64,000 nt of DNA from a virus (IMGVR_UViG_3300042453_002018:18199-82198); one strand, 5' to 3'. Shown: positions 30,873-42,547, numbered from the stretch's first letter. A program made the numbers and translations. The notes: generated by a model not told the origin, from the sequence alone.

Positions 30873-31265
30873 ATGAGTGATGTTGAAGATAATGTTGCCA
30901 AGAGCAAAGCGGCCATATTTGATTTGATTGAACATAATGAAATGTTGGACGAAGATGGTTATCCAACTGATGCTGCGTTGGATGTTATTCGATTATGGCA
31001 TTACTCTGATGCACGTGGTTGGTTCAAGTTTATTGAGAACTTATGGCACTTTCGTACTTTTGGTTGGAAAGAAACTGACGAGCCGCACGAATACAGAGAT
31101 AAAATCGTACACAAATATTATATCTCAACCTGTGGCTGGTCAGGTAACGAGAGTATTATTCGGGCTATGCAACAAAATGAAAATATGTTGTGGACACTAA
31201 ACTGGGAACAATCACGCCGTGGTGGTCATTATATTTTTGAGTTGAGGGAGTTTAAGAATGAATAA
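30873..31265 (+). CDS. conserved phage hypothetical protein
   Basis: STCGWSGNE...RRGGHY. Confidence 0.55.
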   Translation: MSDVEDNVAKSKAAIFDLIEHNEMLDEDGYPTDAALDVIRLWHYSDARGWFKFIENLWHFRTFGWKETDEPHEYRDKIVHKYYISTCGWSGNESIIRAMQQNENMLWTLNWEQSRRGGHYIFELREFKNE

Positions 31266-31461
31266 ACGAATTGGAGAACTGGCAGAACAAGCTGCACTAC
31301 TAGGTCCCGGTAGTAGAATTGGTAATGCCCATGAAGCCACAGAAAAGTTTGCCCAGTTGATTCTGAAAGAATGTATTACCATTTGTGAAGATGGTAAAGA
31401 CACACAAATGACATCCATAGGTGCTGCTGATAGAATACGAACGACATTCGGTATAAAATAA
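31258..31461 (+). CDS. MNERI-family small protein
   Basis: MNKRIGELAEQA...EKFAQLILKEC. Confidence 0.6.
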   Translation: MNKRIGELAEQAALLGPGSRIGNAHEATEKFAQLILKECITICEDGKDTQMTSIGAADRIRTTFGIK

Positions 31462-32975
31462 ATACTGCTATGATTTGGTGATAATCCAATCAAAGCAGAA
31501 AATGTCCGACGATACAGAAGACCCAAGAGAAAAACTTAAAAAGTTTAAACCCAAAAAGAAAAAACTAGTTGTACCACAAGAATTTCTAGATAGTGCGAAA
31601 TCCTATGATGAAAAGCTTATGTTGGTAAGGCATCTAACGGAAAGAGAAAAAGGTCGTGTTTTATTGATTATCCGTAGTATGTTGTCTGATGCAATTAAGA
31701 ATAAAGGCAAAGTGAAGTGAAACAGTTATTGGAAATATTACCAAGACTATTGAGCGCGATGCCTGAAATAGTCAAGTATATTAAATATATTCCAATACTA
31801 ATGATACTGGCTGGCATAGGTTATGGTGTATATTATGCCACGCTACATTACAAAGATCCCTATATGTGCTATAATAATCAGTTGTATGCACAAAAGTCTA
31901 TGTTTTCAAATGTGTATATTTTTATTGGTGATATCTGTGTAAGTGGAAATGAGAATGAAAATCAGCCTCCTGTTACGGAAAATTAATTGGGAATATGTGG
32001 TTCTGTATGCATTCTATGGGTGCTGTTTTCTCATAGCAGCCACAGCCTATCATACAATCCGTAGTCAGTTTCAAGCCGCAGAAGAAGCTTGTCAAAATCG
32101 CAACGGTGTCCTGTTGCAAGAAAAACAAGGAAATTTCATCTGTATCAAACGCAAGTCCGTAATACCCATCGAAGAAACCTCTTGACAAACCTCAGCACTC
32201 CTGTGATAATGATTCTGTGATGAATTGATTTGGAGATGCAAAATGTACAATAATCTAATGGCTGAAGTTGAGTATATTCGAACCGCACGTGGTTACGGTA
32301 TTCTAGAGGCAATTGCTTTTATTCTAGAATATGAGGCTGAGTTTCCCTCTGAGGTACGCCGTGAGTTGCGCGATTTTATGGACGAGGGTGCGCGGATGTT
32401 TGCGCCGCGTGAAGAGTATGAACTGGTGAGTTCAGACGGTACTGTGATTGACACTTTTACGATGGAGGCTGTATGATCGGCGAATCTTTTCTTGACGGTA
32501 AACGAATCGTCGGTATGTACATGGGTGAATATCCTGTATCAGGTATCGTGCGGTTGAGTCGTATAAAATATGGTGGTGGTATGTCTCATCATGTTACACT
32601 TAATCGACCAATCAGCGTGTATGGTGCGGTACGTGATTCGGTTATTCTTGATGCAAAAGAGATAGCGGGAGTTTTATAATGTATGTTGCAAAAGACTTTG
32701 GCACGGTGCGTATCGTGCATGACGGTAGCCCCTTTGATGTCCTGTATGATATTAAAGTTGAACGGCTAGTCAACGGTGAATGGAAATTCTATGACGGCTA
32801 CAATAGCTTGTCAAATGATTATGCATTCTCTGAAGCAAATAATGCTGCTGCCCGAGCGTTAAAATTGAATTAAACCAGTCAAAAATGCATAAAAAATGAA
32901 ATTTGACCACTTCTGGTACATAGGTTTTGTGCTATGCATTTGTATATGCCTGTACATATTTCACAAGACACCACT

Positions 32976-33167
32976 ATGACCGAACGAATTAAAGAGTTAG
33001 CAATTGAGGCTGGATATCTTCCAGACTCATTCGGTGTAGGGCATTGGGATATGCCAGAGTGTAAGAAGTTTGCTGAGTTAATTGTAAAAGAGGTTGAGTC
33101 GTATATTGAGGAAGCTGAGGGTGATATAGATTTAGTACAATTTCTTATTGACAGGTATTTGAAATGA
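32976..33167 (+). CDS. MNERI-family small protein
   Basis: MTERIKELAIEAG...KKFAELIVKE. Confidence 0.6.
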   Translation: MTERIKELAIEAGYLPDSFGVGHWDMPECKKFAELIVKEVESYIEEAEGDIDLVQFLIDRYLK

Positions 33168-33436
33168 ACGAACGAATTCGAGAACTTTCTGAACAGGCTG
33201 AAAAATATGCTGATGATAACTTTAGAGGCGAGCCTACCTGGTCGGAAGCATTTGAGTTAAAATTTGCCGAGTTGATAATACAAGAATGTGCCGCTTGCTG
33301 TGGTTCACAAGCCGATAAGCGAAACATTCGAAAGCGTTTTGGACTTTCAGTTGAGTCCAATGTACAATACGAAGCACCACCAATTTACGGCTCAGTAACC
33401 AGCCAATACACCCGAGAGTATAATATACCAAAATGA
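33164..33436 (+). CDS. MNERI-family small protein
   Basis: MNERIRELSEQA...KFAELIIQEC. Confidence 0.6.
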   Translation: MNERIRELSEQAEKYADDNFRGEPTWSEAFELKFAELIIQECAACCGSQADKRNIRKRFGLSVESNVQYEAPPIYGSVTSQYTREYNIPK

Positions 33437-33651
33437 ACGAACGAATAAGAGAATTAGGCAGGCAGGTTGGATTCTACATGGAAAATATGCATCCTGGTGG
33501 TTTTCCTAATGAAAATTTATTGGCGATAGAAAAGTTTGCTGAGTTGATTATACAGGAATGTGCTAATCTTTTTCCGTTGACATTTACGGACGAACAGTAC
33601 CAGCGTAGAATTGATAAGACTATACTAAAACATTTCGGAGTTGATCAATGA
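33433..33651 (+). CDS. MNERI-family small protein
   Basis: MNERIRELGRQVG...EKFAELIIQEC...KHFGV. Confidence 0.6.
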   Translation: MNERIRELGRQVGFYMENMHPGGFPNENLLAIEKFAELIIQECANLFPLTFTDEQYQRRIDKTILKHFGVDQ

Positions 33652-34229
33652 ACGAAAATGATATAGTTTACCGATTGCGAAAACGAGCAGAGATTCGCCG
33701 TCAAATACCTGACCGCAAGTCTGTGCAAGAAAACAAGCCCGACAGGATAGCAGACCTGTTAGAAGAGGCTGCGAATGAAATAGACCGTCTGCGTGAATAT
33801 AAGGACCTAACTAAATGATGGATATTTTCGTACCCGTTCTCTGGATTTGTATTAATGCGAACTGTGAATTTATGCAGGCTGAACAACACTATACCAGAGA
33901 GTCCGAGTGTAAACAACAAATTGACAAGCAAAAAGTTAAGATTAAAAAACTAGCCAGAGAAGCCAGAAGTCAAGTTGATACCCTTGAGGGTACCTGTATT
34001 TCCGTATCTATTCGAAAGAGTATGATATGAATACAAAAGATGAAGATAAGTGTATCAAAGCGGTTCGTGATGGAATGAAAGAAGGTATTATACCCATGTC
34101 GCTGACACCCGAGATGGAAAAATTGTTTAGGCTGGTGTATCGGCTAGGGTATAAACAAAGCACGATTGACCGTATGGAAAAAGAACTGAAACCCGACTTA
34201 GGTTATAGCCGCGTGGGATTAGAAAACGC

Positions 34230-34478
34230 ATGAACACAACAACAGAAATTCTGACAATCCTTCAAGAAGAGGCTGCTGAGGTAATCCAGGTAGCATCCAA
34301 GATACACCGCTTTGGACACCGCCCTGACAATATGAAAAAACTAGCAGAGGAACTAGGTGATCTCCAATGTATGATCGACCTGTGTATAGAACACCAGCTA
34401 GTTGATGAAGCGATGCTCCAGATATATGCAAAAGACAAGCGCCATAAACTCAAAACATGGAGTAATATACCTGTATGA
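34230..34478 (+). CDS. MazG-like nucleotide pyrophosphohydrolase
   Basis: QEEAAEV...EELGDL all-alpha NTP-PPase motif. Confidence 0.7.
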   Translation: MNTTTEILTILQEEAAEVIQVASKIHRFGHRPDNMKKLAEELGDLQCMIDLCIEHQLVDEAMLQIYAKDKRHKLKTWSNIPV

Positions 34479-35030
34479 GAGCGATACTTCTACTGCTACT
34501 CCTCACCAGCTGTACACCAAAAACTACAATGATCCGCGTATTGCCAGAAACACAAAATCTCAACCATTGTCTAAAGAACAACAAAATAGTCTGTAATTAA
34601 GGCTTGACAATTCTACCATTTCCAGCTATCATAATCCTGTAATGAATGAATAAGGAGTTAGTTATTATGAAAGTTGTGAATTCTTCGGTGTATCTAGATT
34701 CGGTTCGTGCATATTTGACAATGCCTAAAGATATAGGTTTTGACTATATGGAAACACTAGTCGAAGAAATTTCTGATGCTGAGTGTATAACATGGACTGA
34801 AGCTTATGAGTTTTTCGGTGCTATGTGTGACAAAGTTATAATGGAAAAGTGGTGATCAAAATGACCAAAGTCTTTATTGTTGTTGATATGTCAGAAGGTA
34901 TGTCACCAGGGACAGTCCTGCGTGTATTTGCAAAGTATGATGATGCCCTAGTATATGGCGAAGATTTGCTGTTTGACGGTGTGGTGAACGAGTTTGACAT
35001 ATATGAGCGTGAGGTGTACTAAATGTGTGG

Positions 35031-35066
35031 GTGTGAAAAAGTGTGAAATTGTGTGAAATTGTGTGA
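35031..35066 (+). repeat. tandem 10-bp direct repeats GTGTGAAA(A/T)(A/T), about 4 copies
   Basis: gtgtgaaaaa gtgtgaaatt gtgtgaaatt gtgtga in a non-coding gap. Confidence 0.75.
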
Positions 35067-37581
35067 TGCAAACGCACTAGTGATGGGATACCAAAAATGC
35101 GTGTATTTATGTGTGCCTAAATCCATCACCTAAGCGCCGATGATCCGCAGAGTCGTGCGAAAATAGCAACACACCGCGCCGCACACAAAACGCAAAATAC
35201 CGCTTGACAATTGCCGCAATGCCAGTTACCATTTGTCTGTGATGAGATGAATTGGAGATTGAGATGATTGCGATTTTTGTACTGTTTGCTGTGATTGCTG
35301 TGTGGGGTGTTCTGGCTGCTGCCCCTGGTGCTGTTACTACTCTAGGTTAATAAAATGGAAACGATTGAAATTGTGTTCTGTATAGCCGCTCTGGTGGGTG
35401 GTGTGTATATTGTCATTGATGCAATGATTGATAGAGGTGAACTGTAATGAGAACGAAAACTCTGGTACCTGGAATGAAAAATACTGATAATATCCGCATT
35501 CGGTTCTGTGATGCTGATATCTCTGTGTATATGACGGTAAAGCAAGCGTTGGAAGGGTTCGGTAAAGTGGCGCATAGTATAGCGGTGGAGTCTGCGTTGA
35601 AGGCTCTAGGCGCTGCCAGGCGTGATCCTGGTGCTGCTGGAGTGGCTGCTGTGGGTCTAGCAGGTAACTGGCATGGCGTGGCACTACAAGTTGATTACTA
35701 CGCATAAGGAAAATTGTATGTTTACAGAAAAACAACTAGCCGCTGCTTACAAGAAATTCAAAGGTAAAGTCGTAGTTGCTGAAATGGAAAAACCCAGACC
35801 CTCTGAGAAAACTTTCCGAAATAACAAGTATTCCGTCTTTAACCGTGGACGTATGGCCAGTCAATTCGGAAAAGGTGGTACGTATTCCTTCGTCGAAAAA
35901 ATCTAATGATTACCGCAGAAAAAGCTTGACAGAATTCTGCGGTTTTTGTATAATGCTTTTGTGCTGATGATATGGAGATTGTGATGTATACCTGTGATGG
36001 AAGAAAATTCAAGACGCTGAGAGCCGCTGTTGCGTATGCTACAAAAACATTCGTTAAGACGGGTGTTAAGACTTTTACCATTGAGCCTGTGGTGGTATTG
36101 AACAAGACACCTGGTTATATTGCTTATCTTGCAAATGGGATGAAATTATGATTATCCGACGTGAAACGATTAATGAGATTGCTACTCTGAAGTACCTTGG
36201 CTACCCTGTGTGGCGTATTGCAGAGTTGATGAAAATTCCTGTAGCAGATATTACTGCTGCGATTAAAGCATGGAGACTGTAATGAAATATGCACAAGCAC
36301 TATTTACTGATGCTGATGTAGCCGAAGCGACACATGGTATGGGTGCGACCGTACTGAAACCGCGTAAAGCAAAACGTACCGCAATGCGCGTAAAGTCCAG
36401 TAAGGGCTTTGTAAAAGGTACGAGTGGGTTTGCAATGGGATATCCGCGTAAGACGTTTGTATAAGTGAAAACCGACTTTTGTATAATGGGATATCCGAGC
36501 AAAAAATTTGACTAAAAATGACTAAAAAAACGACCTTTTCAAATACAGATATAGCAAGTGCAGTTGATGCATTTACCGCAAACTGCACCACCGTGACCAG
36601 AGTGATGCCTGGCACAAGCAAGCATGGAGTAATTACTGAGTTGGTGCTACCTGGTACCACTCCACGTGAGTACACACCTAAACTAATACCCGAAAAGGAC
36701 TACAATGGGCCAGATGAAAAATATAGTAATTGATATCCTAGAGATGTATCAGAGAGGGTATAGCATATATGAAATTGCAAACTACCACGAAATGCGGCAA
36801 GAGTCCGTTGTAAGTGTGATTGAGACTTACGGTGGATATGCGGCGGAAGGGCTGTTCTTTGCTTGACAAAGTGGTGCACCCATGATACACTAGAGAGGTG
36901 CTACCGGGCAGTCTAAGTCGATAATTGCGCGTCACGTTACTTGCGCTCTAGTGTGGCAAAAGCTACAATCAAAGGAACATGCTATTCGGAAGCAACCTTA
37001 TCGAACGAAAAGTCGAATTGCTCTATTCGGTCGCACCAAAATTTTTTTTCTGGCCAAAAACTGCACAATACTATGCCTGTCGTATACAACACACCTCTGA
37101 TGGACACCGCGGCTGCACCAGCTGCTTCGGAAGTAAAGCCTGCTGATTCGCTGGATGCAAATGAGGTTATCGTACCAGCTCCCGCACTTATCAGCACGAC
37201 ACCGAAGTTAGAAATCTTCGAAGGCTTTCCAGACATAAAGATTCCATCACTAGAGCATGGAAATGGTGATGCAAGTTTCGGCACAACACTCATTGCAATT
37301 CTGATATGTTTGTGGATTGCAAAGTTGATTTTGGGGCTGATACCGCGGTTTCTGCTGATTGGTATCGGAATTGCAATACTGTACACATTCATGCAATGAT
37401 TCTCATATTCTATATTCTTGTCTTTTTAGCAATCAATCTGTGCATCACGGTACTGCTGCGACACATTGGCGGTAACGATGGATGGATGGAGTGGTATCGG
37501 AGAAAATCGCTTAGGGAACCTCTTGACAAAGGTAATTGATTCGCTTATAATGAAGTCTGTTGAGAGTGAATGGAGAAAGAA

Positions 37582-37902
37582 ATGAAAGCAATTATTCTTA
37601 CGCAAGTTTATGAGAACTATGCGATCCGTGAAGACGGCACGGTTGGTAAGGGTGCAGATGCGTACTTCAAACCCAAGGGTGGCGATGAGTATGTGGTGCG
37701 GAATGTGACCGAAGATCAGGCATTCGAAATTCTCGAAAGAGTCGCTGGTCAAATTGAGAAATCGAATGACTACTATCAAGAGTTTATTGTCGATGTAAAG
37801 ATTGTCGAGGATGACTTTCTGACTGAGTATGAGTTGAATCAGTTGGAATGGGAAGGTAAGATTGTTTATCCACCGAAAGAAATTGAACTGGAGTTTGCAT
37901 GA
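37582..37902 (+). CDS. conserved phage hypothetical protein
   Basis: TQVYENY...YFKPKGG; behind promoter at 37523. Confidence 0.6.
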   Translation: MKAIILTQVYENYAIREDGTVGKGADAYFKPKGGDEYVVRNVTEDQAFEILERVAGQIEKSNDYYQEFIVDVKIVEDDFLTEYELNQLEWEGKIVYPPKEIELEFA

Positions 37903-38110
37903 TGGATGCTGCGGACTTTCTGGATCGCGCTGAAAGATATGCCGCGGCGCGTGGTGATGAGAACTGGTTCAAAGAAGTGTACACTCGGTATCGTGAGTGG
38001 TACAATGTGTCGGACTCGGTATGGTGTGCGCTGACATGGCTGTACGATGAAGATTCAGCTCGGATGCTGAAATACAAATATTGTGATGCAAGAATATAAT
38101 GGAGAAGAAA

Positions 38111-38428
38111 ATGGTAAATGCTGACTTGGCTACTGCGCTGATTGGTTATAAAGATAACATCGTCGCAAATTATGTGAAATGGTGTGAAGATGCTGGCATC
38201 GCTGATATTGGTAAGTTTGGTATTGAGTTTGAGCCAGGGTCGAAGTACGTGAAAGTCGTGAAAGTTTCCTCTGGTGGTTCCCGCTCGGTACACTCTTTTG
38301 TCGAGAAAGAAAATGGTGCGATTTGGAAAGCAGCCAGCTGGAAAGCACCTGCGAAAAACTTCATTCGCGGTAATGTGTATGATGCATCGTCGTATACCAA
38401 TCGCCTTTCATGGACAGGTGTAGCATAA
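38111..38428 (+). CDS. conserved phage early protein
   Basis: KYVKV...SVHSFV...KAASWKAPAK...RGNV. Confidence 0.65.
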   Translation: MVNADLATALIGYKDNIVANYVKWCEDAGIADIGKFGIEFEPGSKYVKVVKVSSGGSRSVHSFVEKENGAIWKAASWKAPAKNFIRGNVYDASSYTNRLSWTGVA

Positions 38429-39050
38429 TGATTGAAACATTCACACGTAAATCAAAGTTTACGGATCTCAAGCCCTATTGCCATTTTACCACAGATGATA
38501 CCGATTTTATGGAACTCTGTGAGTGGAACAATGGTGAAGGGTTTGATTTGATTATGGCTCTTGGTAAACGACTTCAAACATTTTCAATGACTTGGGGACA
38601 GTTTGAAGCACTCCAAGCACTAGCAGCCTATAGGGAATAATATGAACTATTCGTTTGTGGTAAAATGCACCGAGTGTGATGATGAACACTTGACATCCGA
38701 AGTGAAGTTTGATAATATAGAAGAAAACTTTTATGGAGAAGATGTGGCTTATTTTACCTGCCCTGTGACTGAAGCGGCTACACAAAGCCGCGTGTATCGC
38801 CTATGAGAGAATTCAAGTGGGAACGATACGGTGACAAATACTATTACTACGATTCGCTGACTGGTAAGATTGTCGGTGCAGTCAACAAGATAGCACTCCA
38901 AGAAGTTTGGATTGCTTTGGTCTATACGGGTGAATACTCTTTTACGATTCAAGATGAAAAACATCTGGGTCAGTATATCAATATGGATTTCGCAAAACGT
39001 GCAGCCGAGTTCTTTTGGGAACGTGAGAGTCGCACACTATTGGAATAAAT

Positions 39051-39461
39051 ATGAGTCCTAAACTTGATGCCGATCTGTGTGAGCATTATCCACAAATTAT
39101 GATTGAACGACACCTCGGTGCAATGCAGACTGTAATGTGTTGGGGTTTTGAACATTCTGACGGATGGTACAATCTCCTTGATACTGCTATGCGGCTGGTT
39201 CAATCGCACATTGAAATGGAAAAACGCCGTGGTCATGAAATTGAGCAAGTGGTATTTGAACAAGTCAAAGAAAAGTTTGGTATGCTGACCATCTATCATC
39301 GTGGTGGTGATGACTACACAAATGGTGTGCTCCGCATGGCAGAAGAGATGAGCCGTCACACATGTGAAGAATGTGGTAACGTAGGCTATCCAACAAAGAC
39401 TGGTTGGATACGAACTCTGTGTGACAAGCACCACGGAGAACATGAAGAAAGAACCAAATGA
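39051..39461 (+). CDS. conserved phage protein with zinc finger
   Basis: DGW...QVKEKFG.L...CEECG...TLC. Confidence 0.65.
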   Translation: MSPKLDADLCEHYPQIMIERHLGAMQTVMCWGFEHSDGWYNLLDTAMRLVQSHIEMEKRRGHEIEQVVFEQVKEKFGMLTIYHRGGDDYTNGVLRMAEEMSRHTCEECGNVGYPTKTGWIRTLCDKHHGEHEERTK

Positions 39462-39789
39462 TAATGTTTATCATTAATTTATTTTTTATAGTTATATTCT
39501 GGAACATGGCCACTATAGCCGCTGACGAAGGTCGTGTGGGTTGGGCATGGGTATATTTGATTTTGTCTGCACTAAATGGTGCAGCATTGTGTGCATCTAT
39601 TTTTTAGGAGAAACGTATGAAAGAAGGAATTGTAGCGGGAATTGTATTTCTGTTGTTTTTTGCCATGATGTTTTCTGCAATGATCTATAGTGACACCATG
39701 AGAGTTCAATGCAGAGAAGCAGCAATCGCAAAAAATTATAGCGCAGTTGAAATTCAAGCAATCTGTCGCTGGTAAATAAGGAGAACAAA

Positions 39790-40236
39790 ATGGCACAATG
39801 GATTATTCACCCAAGTTGGAAGAAGTCGCTGATTGAACGCCAGTATTATCACAAAGGTGATAATACGTTTATGACAGAAACTGGATGGCGTTGGGGTAGT
39901 TTTGAAGTAGAAACTGAAGACGAAAACGTACCAAACATTACTGCTGGTGATAATCTGTGGGACTGCGGCTATTCTGTTGAATTACTTGAAACGACCGATG
40001 GTTGTTGGGAAAGTCATGATATGGATGATTGTGATGAAGAAACTCAACAAATGCTTGAGGAGTTTTTTGAAGAGGGCAATAGTGCATACGATTTGGAAGA
40101 ACGAGAAGATTGGGTGCAAGGTGATAGTGAGATGATCATTGATTGTGATCCTATCTTTGAACGTGTCGATGGTCCAAACGCTGGCAAACGCTATGATGTT
40201 GATGGTAACGAAATCGTTGAAGGTCAGGAAAATTAA
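39790..40236 (+). CDS. acidic hypothetical protein
   Basis: AGGAG RBS; GWRWG. Confidence 0.55.
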   Translation: MAQWIIHPSWKKSLIERQYYHKGDNTFMTETGWRWGSFEVETEDENVPNITAGDNLWDCGYSVELLETTDGCWESHDMDDCDEETQQMLEEFFEEGNSAYDLEEREDWVQGDSEMIIDCDPIFERVDGPNAGKRYDVDGNEIVEGQEN

Positions 40237-40238
40237 TT

Positions 40239-40787
40239 ATGGTCACTATTGTAAAGCATGAATGGCATCAAGTCGATGAACAGTATGCATTTGATCTGGA
40301 TGAAGAAACACTTAGCAATATCTATCCTGACCTAGATGTCGGTGAAATTGTTTCTTTGATGGTGCGAATAGAAAATGGTGAAGTCTCAATTGAAGAAATT
40401 CTCGATGATGCATACAATAATGACGTAGAGATAGAATGGGATCACCAGTATTCGGACTGTTGGACTGCACGAAAAGGTGGCTATGATGTTACTTATGAGT
40501 TGGGTGATGAAGACAGTTGGGTAGCACCAGAGAAAGAACCAGAGCCTACTCACAAGTGTACAAAATGTAAGTGGACTGGTCAAAGTTATGATGCTGAATG
40601 GTCTTGGGAAGACAAAGAAGGCAATGAACTGGAAGATCCATTAAAGATTTGTCCATACTGTGAAAGTGATGTAGTATTGACTGAACATGGTATGCAAAAA
40701 GAAAAGAAAGAAGAAGAGTTACGTAAAAAATGGGAAGAAGAAAGTCAACGAGAGTTAGAAGAAGAAATAAGGAAACATGATGAGTAA
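40239..40787 (+). CDS. acidic hypothetical protein with zinc ribbon
   Basis: CTKCKWTG...CPYC. Confidence 0.55.
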   Translation: MVTIVKHEWHQVDEQYAFDLDEETLSNIYPDLDVGEIVSLMVRIENGEVSIEEILDDAYNNDVEIEWDHQYSDCWTARKGGYDVTYELGDEDSWVAPEKEPEPTHKCTKCKWTGQSYDAEWSWEDKEGNELEDPLKICPYCESDVVLTEHGMQKEKKEEELRKKWEEESQRELEEEIRKHDE

Positions 40788-41151
40788 TTATGGTATACAT
40801 TCAAATCGATTTCAGGGTGACTACAAACGTGTGTTAACGGTTTGTTCTGCTAACATGTTACGTAGCCCTACAATAGCACATATTCTTTCCGCAGACCCAT
40901 ACAATTTCAATACTCGGTCAGCAGGTACAGAACCATATGCCTTGATTCCTGTTACTGAAGATTTGCTAATGTGGTGTGATGAGGTCGTGTGTGCTGATAC
41001 TGAACACGCAATGTGGGTTCGCAACAAGATGATGGAGTGGATGCTAGACAAGCCTATCATTGATTTGCAGATTGATGATATCTATGAGTATCGCAATCCT
41101 GAATTAATTGAACTTATCAAGGAGCGTTATGGACAACGAACTGCTGGATAA
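40777..41151 (+). CDS. low-molecular-weight protein-tyrosine-phosphatase-like protein
   Basis: VCSANMLRS (CX5R), SAGT. Confidence 0.8.
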   Translation: MMSNYGIHSNRFQGDYKRVLTVCSANMLRSPTIAHILSADPYNFNTRSAGTEPYALIPVTEDLLMWCDEVVCADTEHAMWVRNKMMEWMLDKPIIDLQIDDIYEYRNPELIELIKERYGQRTAG

Positions 41152-41426
41152 ACTAGCCCTGAGAACTGGCGGTAGTCTTTTCCCTGAAGTCTTTCAATAT
41201 TATCAAAAACAATATGTAATGCAACTGTTGTCAGAAATACATCAAGTGTTTCAAAAACAGCAATTTGACGGATATGCAATAGACTTCTGGGATGACATTG
41301 TAAAGCATTTCCAGCTTGACCATTATGAAATTGAAAAGTTGCATAAAAACAACAAAGAATCCGCTTGACAGATTACCACACTTCGGATATAATGATTCAT
41401 GTTGATTGATTACATGGAGATTTGTC

Positions 41427-41816
41427 ATGGCTTATGTTTCTCAAGAATTGAAGTCTAAGTTAGCCCCTAAGATTAAAGCGATTTGCAAAAAGCATGGCGT
41501 GAAGGCTAGCCTTGCGGTTCGCAATCATTCTACGCTGGTGCTGAATGTAAAATCTGGTAAAGTCGATTTTATCAGCGACTATGGTAATAGTCCTGAAACA
41601 CGTGCCGATGCTGAGAAATTTGGAATTCAAGTAAATCCTTATCATTACAAAAGTCATTTTAATGGCGATGCGTATTTCTTTTTGTCCGAAGTGATTCCTG
41701 CGATGAATGACGGTAATTGGGATAAGTCTGATATTCAAGTCGATTACTTTAATGTTGGTTGGTACATTGATGTAAATATCGGTAAGTGGAATAAACCTTA
41801 CGTTTTGGAGGCTTAA
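41427..41816 (+). CDS. conserved phage early protein
   Basis: MAYVSQE...SDIQVDYF.VGWY...GKW.KPY; behind promoter at 41365. Confidence 0.65.
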   Translation: MAYVSQELKSKLAPKIKAICKKHGVKASLAVRNHSTLVLNVKSGKVDFISDYGNSPETRADAEKFGIQVNPYHYKSHFNGDAYFFLSEVIPAMNDGNWDKSDIQVDYFNVGWYIDVNIGKWNKPYVLEA

Positions 41817-41981
41817 TATGGATCAGATAGATAAAATTATGGCTTTTGAATCTGGTGAACTAGATTTTGATGCTACTGTCGAATTGTTTCAAGACTTGAT
41901 TGATTCTGGTCTAGCGTGGCAATTGCAAGGTTCGTATGGTCGTATGGCAAGTGCATTGATTGAGAATGGATATTGTGACCG

Positions 41982-42368
41982 ATGGTAGGCAACGAAAAAA
42001 TTGTAGCCAATCGAATTCGGACACCTGATGGTACGATTCTTGAATCAATGCATCGGCATGATTATGTAACTTATCTTGATGCAAATGGTAAAGAATATAT
42101 GGTCGATGGTGGTCTAGACTATCTGCGCCGCAATGTACATGATGATGCACCGTATCAAGAATTATCGGTGTATGCTGATGACCTTCACATTGAAATCCGC
42201 AATGTATTCAAGTGGGGTACACGTGGTAAAGACGGCAAACAACCTTTGACATATGTACCACTCAAAGACTTGACAACAGAACACATTGAAGCTATACTAG
42301 ATACTCAATCACATATTCAAGAACACATTCGAAAAATATTTTTGAATGAATTGAGTTTTCGGGGTTAA
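41982..42368 (+). CDS. conserved phage hypothetical protein
   Basis: ESMHRHDY...VDGGLDYLRR...WGTRGKDG. Confidence 0.6.
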   Translation: MVGNEKIVANRIRTPDGTILESMHRHDYVTYLDANGKEYMVDGGLDYLRRNVHDDAPYQELSVYADDLHIEIRNVFKWGTRGKDGKQPLTYVPLKDLTTEHIEAILDTQSHIQEHIRKIFLNELSFRG

Positions 42369-42386
42369 AGTTTTATATATAGAGAT

Positions 42387-42482
42387 ATGAACAAAATTGT
42401 ACACATTACGAAGGATTGCCAAGAGTATCGCACATTTAGCGATAATAACTCATGGGCACCCGCATCGGAGGTTTGTGTATAG
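42387..42482 (+). CDS. putative attenuator leader peptide MNKIVHITKDCQEYRTFSDNNSWAPASEVCV (31 aa)
   Basis: short ORF whose stop codon lies in the 5' arm of an antiterminator, upstream of the tRNA array. Confidence 0.65.
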   Translation: MNKIVHITKDCQEYRTFSDNNSWAPASEVCV

Positions 42483-42547
42483 ATTGTAGTTTAGTTCAGA
42501 CTGTATACAAACCCCAAAGCCCACAAAGTTTTGGGGTTTTTTGTTTT
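42470..42547 (+). terminator. attenuator: antiterminator 42470-42482/42501-42513 overlapping intrinsic terminator 42509-42520/42528-42539 + U-tract
   Basis: GGTTTGTGTATAG pairs CTGTATACAAACC (13 bp); AAACCCCAAAGC pairs GTTTTGGGGTTT (12 bp), then T-run. Confidence 0.75.

Noticed and set aside
36980-37038. The missing tRNA-Phe (GAA loop, CACCA end)
   Set aside because: No acceptor stem, T-arm or U33; a cloverleaf cannot be built
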